From Lama guanicoe (Eukaryota): a stretch of 64,000 nt of DNA. A model generated the notes under the pieces. The model saw only the letters and a list, made by a program, of their open reading frames with translations, ran no database searches and was not told the origin of the DNA. Both the position numbers and the translations under genes were made by a program. The DNA lies in the NCBI GenBank assembly GCA_013239625.1, contig MU053934.1:4420399-4484398 (forward strand), in the 5' to 3' direction. Every line of letters begins with the position of its first letter. Positions within the stretch are counted from its first letter, which is position 1. This document shows, piece by piece, positions 53,439 to 64,000 of the stretch.

Positions 53439-55661
53439 TCAGACATGCTCTGATAACTGCTGGCTGGCCAGACCACAGGGTGGGGGCTCTGAGCAGGCTC
53501 CGGGGCAGGTAGGAGGACTGCCTCTCACCCTTCACTGGCACACCACTCCAGAAAATAGTCTTCCCTTTTGCTCCCTGTAAACCCAAGGGTCCTAGCTACC
53601 AAGAGTGGCCTCTCCAGGCAAACGCTGGGGTGGCCACAGGGCTCAGAGGGTGGTGGAGCCCTGACTGATCGTCAGCCCCTCTCTGGGACCTTCAGCCACA
53701 TATTTGGACAGAACCCATGTCAATGGAGTTAAAAATAGCCCATCCCCTTTGCTACTATAAGAGAACCCTCCTTGGCCTCCAGGGCAGGGTGAGGACCCAG
53801 AGCTCTGAAGGCCAGTTTCCAGTGCCCCTCCGCCCAGCGTTCCCATAGGAAGTGCTGAATGGAGAAATTCCCAGAATCCCCAGGGGGGACCAGCGTGCCC
53901 TGGACACAGCCCCTCTGGAGCCCCGGACAATGGCCCAGTTGGGCGGGAGAGAGGGAGAGAAGGAGAGGGAAGGGGGGGGTGCTGAAGGCAGGGAGAGGGG
54001 TGGGGAGCCAGGCCTGCTGGGGGGTACTGGGGGGGTCTCTCTCTAGCCCCTAGTCTTCCACCGTCTCTGTCCCTCTCCCTCTAACCTTTTGCCCCGTGTC
54101 TGCCCTAAGTTGTCCATTTATTCCTGAGCTCACAAACCACAGCTCCCTCCTCCAGCCTGGGCAGCCCTCATCCATCTCAGCGTCATCAGCACTCCTCAGA
54201 GACATCCCTCTCTCTAGATGGCGGCCGGAAGCCGCTGCGGGAAGTGAGGGTGGGAGAGGACCTGGAGCCACGCTGCATCATGGGCAGATCCTCTGTCTCT
54301 CTGACGGCTGAAGTGCCAGCATAGAAGCTACAGGGTGTCCTGCCCACTCCACGCGGCACCTCACGGCTCACGCTGTGTACCCCGCCTGCTGACTCTGCCA
54401 TTGACAAAGCTCCTGCTCATCCGTGCAGGCTCCCAGGGGGTCCTGTTTGGAGGAGGCTGTGCTATAACTGGTGCCTTTCCGTCTAGCCTGCTGCTCCCAC
54501 GTCAGCCAGTCTGTCTGTCTGTCCTTCTCACTCCCTTCCTTTCTCTCTGCCATCTCTGGAATGTCCCTGGTGGGGAGGAGATGGGGAAAAGATGTGCTTT
54601 GTGGAAAGGTTAAGTTGATTAGGAAAAAATAGCCACATGGTTGCCTTGAAACAGGCCCGCTATTGAAAACCTCATCTTGGACCCCGACCCCCACCCGGGG
54701 TGCATAGGGGCTGCCCGAGGGTGGGGGCCAAGGGCCTTGGAAAGAAACAGCAGAAAGGCTAAATTTGGAAGTTGCCCCATTGTGTTGACCAGGGCTGGCC
54801 AGTCGGGCATGGGGTGGGGGGTGTGGGAGACGTGGGGTGGGGGGCCTGGTGAACAATAGGTGGGCCCAGCTGGGGCCCCCTCCCGCCGGCCTCACCAGCC
54901 CCCCGCACAGGCAGGTTTGAAAGGGCCCGGGAATGCTTTTGAGAGGGAGCCAGGGGCCCAAAGGGGAGAGGAAACAAAGGCAGGAAATGCTGTCCCCCGT
55001 AGATAGCAGTCTGGGCAAGGATTACAAAGTGACAAAGAGACAAAACCCCAGAGGGAAGGAGAGCTGGGGGTGCAGGGGGGGTGCCGAGCAGGGCTCCAGG
55101 GAACAGGCCAGAGGTTAGAATAGAATGGAATTTGCTCTGAAGACAGCGTTTATAAATACATTCCCGACCCATCCCACCAGCCCCGCCACGTGTGTGCCAC
55201 CGAGCACGTGCCCATGCGCTGAGAGCATTCTCGGGCATGGGCAGGGCTGCCCACTGGTCCGGGCCAGGTGTCCCCGAGAGACCTTGGAGACTGGGCCCTC
55301 AGCCAGAGCGGCAGGGAGATAGATGGCTCCTCCGGCACCACCCTCCCTGGCTGAGTCCACACCTGGATATACACTCAGCAGATGCCCTGGGCACCTTCTC
55401 CCTGCCCCCTCCTCTCGGTACCCCACCCTCTGCAGCAAGCCAGAGCCACATGTGGGAGCTTTTCCTGCCACACCCCACATCCCAGGTAGCAACCCGCCCG
55501 CCTACTCAGCCCTGCCTTGGACGGGAGTGGCTCAGCCCTCCATGAGCTGCCACAGGCTCTGGTTCTCTGGATGTCAAGGAAGAGGGGATGCCCTTGCCCT
55601 GCTCGCCCGGCTCCCCAGAACTTGGCAGAGGGCCAGAGCACCGGATGAGGACTCAATTTAC

Positions 55662-55758
55662 CTACGGAGTCTCCGTGCAGCAGGCGCTGGAGGTCATCAA
55701 AGGAGCGGATCGAGTGGTCACTCAGCATCTCGTAGAGCTCCTCGGGAATGGGGTCCCC
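55662..55758 (-). CDS. PDGFB: PDGFB exon 2 (propeptide)
   Basis: 97 nt encode [32 protein letters not shown]; acceptor TGGCAG, donor GTAAAT. The frame matches ORF 55375..55836. Confidence 0.98.
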
Positions 55759-56751
55759 CTGCCAGGCAGACATATGGGACCAAGTGAGCTGGCAGCAAGG
55801 GCTTTCCAGCTGTGGTTCTCTTCCAAACATACACACTCTGTCCTATAGAACGTTCCCGCAGGGCCCCCTTGGCCATGGGCGAACAGACGGCCAGGCTGAG
55901 AGCAGGAGCACAAAGGCCTGGGGCCAGAACCTGCCCAAGCCTCTAAGACCCAGTTCAGACCTGCGCCCCTCAGCCCCTAACAGGAACCCCAGCCCGCTTT
56001 AAGTTAGATTTGACTGTATGTGTCTGTCTCCCCATCAGTCCAGGTTCTGGGAGGCTCCAACAGTCTAATTTCTGTCTGCTTCCCCTCCACACCTGACAGT
56101 TAAAGGCAGCCAGCATTTGTCATGGGAGATCTAACTATCCCCATTTTACAGATGAAAAAAACAGAGGCTCAAATAGGTGACATCCTTGGTCAGAGTCCTA
56201 CAACTGATTTATCAGCAGAACCTGCATTCAAACCCAGGTCTTTCTGATGGCAGAGCCCTTACTCCCAGCTTCCTGGGTACACGAGCTGTTTAATAACTGC
56301 TTGAGGAGTAGGTCGGTCTCAGGAGGCCACGTGCACTAGTGATATCTACTTAGTCTCTCACTCAAAAGAGAAGAGAAGGGAATCCTCAGATACGGCCGGG
56401 AAACCTGAAAGCTCACCCATGCCCCATGCTCAACCAAACCCTATTTTTAGAGCCCCTCTGGCCTGTTACCAAAAACACTTGAAACTTAATAAGTACTTTA
56501 ACAGGCCCCATTCTGAGCCAGGCTTCCTCCAGGGAAATCACAGGTCCCACAATAACATGAGAGTGGCTCGAATAGGAAGGGCACGGCTACGTTCCCCCAC
56601 AGGCTGCGGAGACCCAAGGGGCTGATGCCAAAGGTCTTGAGAAAGAGGTGAGGGCAGATGAGAGGCTGAAAAGCATAATCCAACAATCAGTGCCTCTGGG
56701 CAAAGAAAATGCCTAAGATCTGCTGCGAGTCCGGACTCACACCCATGTAGA

Positions 56752-56783
56752 CATGCGCACATGCGCGCACGCGCGGGCGCGCG

Positions 56784-56814
<31 letters not shown>

Positions 56815-56815
56815 A
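56752..56815. repeat. (CG)n-(CA)n compound alternating purine-pyrimidine tract
   Basis: CATGCGCACATGCGCGCACGCGCGGGCGCGCGCGCGCGCGCACACACA... Confidence 0.92.
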
Positions 56816-58591
56816 GGAGGGCTGCGTCTTGTGGAAGGAGCCCTGGAGAGGGCACACGCAGACCCAACTTACTACCGCCTGACCGTGGATTACACAACTC
56901 TGTGCCTCGGTTTCCCTGGATTAAGAGGGGAGGTGCTCCTGCTCTAGCTGGTTCACTGAACATTCCACCACCTGGAGAGCTGAGAAGCTCAGCACAGGCT
57001 GCCTCCAGGAAGGAACGCTGCCCTCTCCCTGACTGACGGGGCAGAGAGATTATCCTGCCTCAAGGCCAGCCCTGGGAGATGCTCCCTGAAAGGTCTGCTG
57101 GGAGCCTGGTGACTGATCAGGTACTAGCCTCCCCCAAAGTTCTGTTTCCTCATCACTTATCAACACCTCCTTCAGGGGTCCTACCATGTGCAGCTCTGTC
57201 CACCCGAGTTGGCCTGGAGTCAGAGACAGTGGCCGTGACTGCTTTTCCAATGAATTCTGGAGACCCCTGAGCTCAGTTTCTGCATTTGAACGTGGAGCTT
57301 ATAATCCTGCCTGGTGCCTAGTTCTGTCGGCAGGTGTGAGGGAGGGAAGGGTGTGGGTCTAGTAGTCAGCTTGGCTAGGAGTTGGGGTCCATGGCTGCAC
57401 AGCCGGGGAGCCAGGAGCTGTATGTGTGAGATGGAGGAGTGGTGTCGACTCAGCGGCCCCTCACTCTCCTCTCCTTTCTCCACTGTGCCCCGCCTCATCC
57501 AACCTCAGAGAGGCCACGCCTCTGGTGGTCACCAAATGTGAACACCAGACCCAACCATGGAATGGAAAGGAGGCAGCTGGTCTTCAGTGAAGCCCAAAGC
57601 AGGTCACTCGCCCTGAGGGTTTTATCTGCCCCAGATCTGGTAGTTCAGAGAGCTGGAATCCACCTCATCCTGCTACTAACCTCCCTGTGACTTCAGGCTG
57701 GTCACCACCCCTCTCTGGTCCTGGCTCTCATTTGTGAATTGAAGGGGCTGAAAACAATTGATCCAATTCTAATTCTGCCAGGGGGTGGCAGAAGAAACAG
57801 CAGAGGAAAGCCAAGGATGGGGTACCCAGTCAGGTCTCCCAGGCTGCTTGTGGGGTAATGATTCAATTAAGAGCAGCCAGAAGGTCCAGTACCAAATGGC
57901 ACATAGCGCTCATGCCAAGACCTCCTTGCCCACTGGAGAGATGGCTGCAGCAGCCAGCCACGGCAGAGTAGGCAGACCCCCTACTCAGGCCTTGCGGATG
58001 CCCCAGACCTAGCCTATGAGGCAAAGGAGATGGTGTCTTATGGAAACAAACCCAGAAGCTCCCAGGCTGGTGGGGAAACGCCAGGTGAGAGACTGGGGAG
58101 GTGGAAGAAGCACATAGTAGGTGCTCATAAAATACTGGTAAAATGCATGAAGAAGGACTCTCCCCTTCTCCCTGGGGTTCCCTCTTGTATGATTTTCCCA
58201 CCTCCTCCACCAGGAGGGTCACCTGGGATGTTCTCTCCTACCCCCAAGCAAATTGTCTCCTAGAGAGTGGACTTTATTCTAAGTAGAGAGACCATTCCTG
58301 CACCTGTTTTTAGTAATTTGACCACTGGATGCCCAGAATGCACTGAGAACCCCTGGGTTTGATACGAATACCACAGCTAACTTCTGTGAAGTGCTAACTA
58401 TGTGCCAGGCACCAAGCTAAATGCTATGGATCCCAAGAGCCTGGCACTGTTTTTAGTCCCATCTTCCAGATGAGGAAGTGAGGCTTAGAAAAATCAAGTA
58501 AATGGCTACAGGTCTACATGACTAGCGAGTGGCAGGGCAGGCCCCTCTCTCCCAGTTCCTGTCTGCTCCCCACCCTGTGGATGTCATAAAG

Positions 58592-58801
58592 CAGTGGTTC
58601 TCAAGTTCTCAACCAGGGATGAATGGGCCCCCAGGGGGCACTGGCCATGTCTCAAGGCATTTTGGGGGTAACAACTAGAGGAGTGCTACAGGCCTTGGTA
58701 GGTGGAGGCCAGCAAAACATCCTTGTATGCACAGGACAGCCTTCCACAATAAAGGATTCTCTGGCCCAAAATGTCCCCAGGGCAGAGATGGAGAAACTCT
58801 G
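58592..58801. mobile_element. MER20 hAT MITE in PDGFB intron 1
   Basis: CAGTGGTTCTCAA...CCCCCAGGGGGCACTGGCCATGTCT...GCACAGGACAGC...CTGGCCCAAAATGTC...GAGAAACTCTG. Confidence 0.85.
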
Positions 58802-60725
58802 TAGCAGACAAACAAGCTAGGGCTTCAGCTGCAGGGGAACCTCGGTTCTTGGAGTCTTTAACAACCTAAAACCTCAGCTTCTTTACCTTTTAAATGGGCC
58901 TAATAACACCTCACGGAGGGGGTGGTTATTGGGGAATCACACCTAGCAGAGCAGCCAGCAAATGATGGGCAATTAGTGAGCCGTGCTGTGGTCACCATCC
59001 ATTCCTTCAGTGTGGCTCCTGGAGGGCACGCCTGTGCAGGGCCAGCAGTGCAGGACATTTTTAAGGATGACAGTAGGTGGGTGGAGAGCTGCCTGCCCAC
59101 AGGAGAGAATGTGGCTTTGCATTATCCCCGGTGCTGGGCCACAGGAAATGGCACCTGAGCCCCACACTGGCACTTGCCTGGGGCCGTGTGGGCTGGTGGG
59201 TGGTTCCTTTCCGGGGCCGGGGGTGGCTGAGGGGTGGGGAAATTCAGTCTGTGGTCAGCTCCAGGATGCACTGCCCTGGGGGAGACTCACAGGGGCACCT
59301 GCTTGGGGTCGTGGTGTGGGAGGGTGACAAACCCGGTGGAGCCTGGGTTTCCCCAGGCATAGGTTCTAGAAGCCTCTGTAGGTGGGCAGCTCCCCTCAGT
59401 GACAGCAATGGAGGCATGGCACCCTGATGAAGCTGTCCCAGATCTCAGGCCTGGGGTTCCTGGCAGGGCAAGGGCGTGGCCAGAAGGCAGCTGGGGCACA
59501 GCCAGCCATGGGAGCCAAGGCAAACAGCCTCGTCCCCACCCCACTCCACCCCCAACGCCAGCTGCAGAAGGTAGGAAGGGCACGAGCTGGCTGAGGACAG
59601 GTGACTTACTGCTCCCAACCAGGCTGGCAGATTAAAGGGACCTGGACCCCACCCTCTGCCTGGGCCCCAGTGCACACACAGATACACACTCCCCAGCCTG
59701 CCTGCCGTTCCGCTCCGCCGACGGAGATGACACTGGCTCGGCCCAAGCAACCAGGGGCGTTGTCAGCAGCGGGCAGAGGGTGAAGCCAACAGGGCCTCGG
59801 AGCGCCCGCCTGCCTCAGAGTCTCAGGCCTGATCTAGATTCAATGCCAAAGCCAAGCCCTTTGAAGAAGGCTTCTCTGGACAGACCACAGAAGCCATTTA
59901 GAACCACCCTTTCCCACCTAGCATCTCCCTGCCCTATTGCTCCTGGGACCCCATCCACTCCCCGACCCCTGCTACAGTCAGCCCAGCCCCTCACTGGACT
60001 CCCATCTCTCCCTCGAGCAGAAAAATTTTTTGACCAGGAAGAGAGGGGCCAGTGCAGCAATTGTAATACTGGCAGCCCACTGCAATCACTGCCACCCTTA
60101 GTCCCAACTCCCAGCACCGAGTGGGCCCCAGGAATCTGCATTTTCAAGAGGCCAGGTAATTCTGCTGCTCTGGGGGAACTCTGAGCTAACCCAGCCTTCT
60201 CATTTTGTTTTGTTAGGTGGTAGAAACTGAGGCCCAGCTCAAGACACACAGAACCTTTGAAATCTAATTTTCCTTCTGTTTCTTCTCCCCTGTCCAGTCC
60301 AAGTCCCAAGACATGGAGAAGAAAGACACGCTTTTCTCTCAAGATGGATGGGTGGAGGGGGACAGGGGCACTCAAAATGAAAATGCCTGCTGGAGGGCAA
60401 TGTGGCCTTGCTGGGCTGCCCTGGGTGAGGACTGAAGGAGGTCATGTCTGTAAAGCACTTAGCAAGCCCTGGACACGTGTCTGGTCCTTCCCTAGCCCCA
60501 CCCCTACCCTCCAGGATTCACTGTCCTTCTCACAAGTACTTACAGATTACAGGCACCATTCGAAGCAGAGTAGACAGTGGTGACCAAGACAAAAGCTCTC
60601 TAGCGGAGTTTGCACTCAAGTGAGGAAAAACAACTCATAAACAACTAAATAACTCAGAAAATGAAAACTGTGGTGCTAGAGGGGCATTTCATGGTGGGTG
60701 ATGGAAGACTTTGAGAGGGACTTAT

Positions 60726-60870
60726 GAGGCCCATGGCAAGCACCTCTCTACCACTCCTACTGAACCAATAGCTTTCTCTCTCTCGCTCTCTCTCACACAC
60801 ACACACACACACACATGCACACACACACTGTTCCGAGGTCTTTCACCAGAGCCTCCAAATTCTGTTTGAT
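60726..60870 (-). other. PDGFB: Homolog of the human PDGFB alternative first exon in intron 1; splice donor appears disrupted
   Basis: The minus strand reads (GT)n(GA)n...GTG CTT GCC ATG GGC CTC|ATAAGT, matching the MFIMGL N-terminus of human isoform 2 (recalled). The upstream boundary is uncertain. Confidence 0.65.
60774..60828. repeat. (CT)n(CA)n compound microsatellite in intron 1
   Basis: TTCTCTCTCTCGCTCTCTCTCACACACACA... Confidence 0.9.
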
Positions 60871-63570
60871 CCTAACCTTGCAGACATTTCTAGGGCCGGG
60901 AGATCCCGGCAAGTCAGTCTCTCACTCCCTAAGGCCATTAGCAAACCAGAAAGAAGCTGGGTGCTAAGGACTATGGGCTCCTTCACTCCTCAGTAGAAGG
61001 GTGCTGAGGCCAGAGGCATCACATGACAATGGGAGTCACCCTCCCGGAAGCCAGCTCAGCTGATGGAGATGGGCCCTCATGGCCGACCCTAAGCCAGGCC
61101 CTACCTCAGAGCTCCCCAGCCCTTCTTCCCAGCTGCTGAGGCCTCTACCTGAGGCTCAGTCCAAACATGGAGGGGACCTGACGAAGGCCACCTCCACCAG
61201 CAAGTCTTCCTGGACTGGCCCCCGTGTCGACAGGTATTCCCTTTAGTTTTCACCTCCTGAAGCTTACTCAGGCTCTGCAGGAAAGTGCTTTGTAAACTGC
61301 AAAGCACTACACAACTGTGGGTTCCTGAAGGCCATGTGTTTAAGGATGCTGTGATTAAAGTGAGGAGAAAGGCACCACCTTCTATACCATAGCCACCCCA
61401 CCGAACCCATGGAGCTGTGGAAAAAGAGGAGGAGGTGCTGGATGAAGGTGGAAACGGTGAGGGCAGGCCTGGGAAAGCCTTATGCAGCTGTCATCCAGCC
61501 TCTCCAGAGCATGCTGGGCTCCACAAAAAAGACATAACAGTCAGGGGTGGGAGCCCCCTCAGGCATTCAAGGCCTCCAGTCTTGGAGGTTTAAAGAAGGA
61601 CTTACTTGAGGGGAGAAATGCTCCGGACATCACAGCGACCCCAGTCACATCAATACAATTTTCAGCCACATAAGCATGGCTTAAAAAAGCAATCACAGAG
61701 GGGTAATGCTTGAGGGACATGGAGCTGATCTAATCAGGCAAAAACCAAGTGGGTGCTGTGGACCTGGGACCTGATATAAGGGTCCCTGTTTCCTCTCCCT
61801 CATAGGGCCCAGGAAGGAAATGGGATCGCTCCAGAGGTAATGAGATTCCAGGGACCACGGTGGGCCCACCTGTTGCTCGGGGGTGGGCACCTGGTGCAGG
61901 GGGTGTAGGGGCCGTGCGTGCCTGTATGCGTGCGTGGGTGTGCGCGCACGTGTGCTCAGGATGCGTGTTCGGGGGCCGTGCGTGCGTGTGTATGCGGTGC
62001 GCGCGCGTGTGCCCCGCGTGTGCACGGGCGTGGCGGCGGCGGGCGCGCGACCCGGCCGTGGTAATGCGTGCCCGTTGCTCTGCGCACCCGCCCGCCCGCC
62101 GGAGTGCAGCATCGCCTCCGGCCAAGAGTGTGCATGCGTGGGGTGAGTGAGCGAGTCGGGGGGCCGGGCGGGGTGGGCTGCGGAGAGCAGCGGCGGGGGC
62201 GCCGCCGTTCCCAGGACGCCCTGGCACCGGGCCCAGCCCCCAGGCCCCGCGGCGAGGAAAGACGGCAGCTGGGGCCGGCCGGCGCCCCCCTCCCCAACAG
62301 CTGGCCGCGGCCCGGGGGGCTGCGGGAGCAAAGAGGAGGGGACGTCGGGAGGGGCCTGCAGGGGGCCAGGCCGAGCCCCGCGTCCTCCCTCCCGGGTGCT
62401 GGCCGCAGGGGCTGGCCGCGGAAGGGCGGGGCCCCAGGGCGGGCGGCCGGCGGCCCTCGAGGAGCCCCGAGAACAAAAGGAGACGGCGACGGCTCCTCCG
62501 TGGTCAAAACAACCTGCGCTGGCGGCGGCCCAAGGCCCGGCCGCGGCCTCGGAGCTCTTCACCTTAACCCCTTCGCCGCCGCCGCCTCCTTCCTGCGCCT
62601 CTTTGGAGGCCGAGAGGGGCCCGCCCTCCCCGGGAGCGGGCGAGATGCGGGCTCCCGGCTGCGGCCGAGCGGAGGCGGGACGGGACCCAGGCACGCCGGC
62701 TCCCGGCTGCCCTCTTCTCCCCAGCACCTCGCGCCTCCTCCCTGCCCCGCCCCCTTTCCCACCTGGATTCCGGGTAGACTTGCCAACTCACTGCTACGTG
62801 AGGCGGGGAGGGGTGCGGGGCACTCATCCGACCCGATAGCTCCCGCAGACGTTTTTATACTCCACCTCCCTTGCTGCTATGCTTTTACAGGCGGCGCGCT
62901 CCGCACCCTGCAAGCGGGGGAGAGGGGTGCGTCTTCTCGCAGGGCGCGGGCGCAGGTATGGCGCGACCTCAGGCACACACCGCCCCAGGGGCTGTATTCC
63001 CTAAGAGCCCCTACTCCTCCCCTAATTTCAAGTGCCCAAAATCTCTCTCGGCACCCACCGCGCCCAAGACACAAGCTGCTCCTGCACCGCACTCTGGGGC
63101 CGGGCAAGACCTGCGCTGGTCCGAGGGCACCCACCCCGACCCGGAGTGGGGGCCAGAGTGGGATGCAAACCCCCGCCCAAGGTTGGCGTGGCTGCCAGTG
63201 GTGCGCGAGCTCGCATCTCCCGTGCAAGCCGGGTCCTGGACAGGACCTAAGCTGCACCGAAGTGGGCTGGGGAGGACGCGCTGCCTGCTGCCTTGGCACC
63301 ACCCCACCCTCTCCCTTTGGCAGGAAGGGGGCTTATTCTCGGGTTCCTGAGGGGTAGGAAACAGGACCACGCACACCCACCCCTGACGCTAAAAAGCTCT
63401 AAGATCTGGGATCGCACCGCAGGAAAGAAAGCCACCGCTGCCCCCTCCCCTTAGAGCCTGGCACCTCCCGGACCTCGCGTCCCAGCCCTTGTAGGTTACC
63501 TAGCGCCTTGCGCCAGGCCCAGGGGCTGCATGGATCCAAAGTTCACTGCAGCAAGAGGAGGGGGCGATCA

Positions 63571-64000
<430 letters not shown>

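Noticed and set aside
57773..57793. Inverted repeat TTCTGCCA-GGGGG-TGGCAGAA, also a weak CTCF-like match
   Set aside because: An 8-bp stem is expected by chance in 64 kb, and the CTCF core has two mismatches.
61693..63357. Long ORFs in the CpG island (429 aa plus strand; 344 and 248 aa minus strand)
   Set aside because: Pro/Gly/Arg/Ala-rich low-complexity translations, open in several frames at once. This is expected from stop-codon scarcity in very GC-rich DNA, and I recognise no domain.

Overview
Mammalian genomic DNA, probably a camelid. That assignment is inferred from the tRNA-derived SINE family and the cetartiodactyl-type L1 3' ends. The right third of the window holds PDGFB (platelet-derived growth factor B chain, c-sis) on the minus strand. 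Its six coding exons (63631-63693, 55662-55758, 53336-53425, 51903-52108, 50376-50517, 46730-46854) are joined by GT-AG introns. They sum to 723 nt, encoding a 240-aa precursor with signal peptide, RGRR furin site, cystine-knot domain and basic retention motif. A non-coding last exon runs from 46362 to about 44755. Exon 1 sits in a CpG island, and the promoter and TSS lie beyond the right edge. The left ~44 kb is intergenic DNA downstream of PDGFB, made of L1, L2, MIR, LTR and DNA-transposon relics, with a strong CTCF motif and several motif-dense enhancer-like islands. I found no evidence for a new protein-coding or RNA-guided system; the other long ORFs in the track look like GC-content or repeat artefacts. 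The most interesting observations are: an apparent GT>AT loss of the donor of the intron-1 alternative first exon, an in-frame intronic ATG just before exon 2, a non-canonical poly(A) region, two locally templated duplications, a three-level nested insertion, and candidate endothelial enhancers. Repeat family names are from memory of consensus sequences, and their boundaries are approximate.
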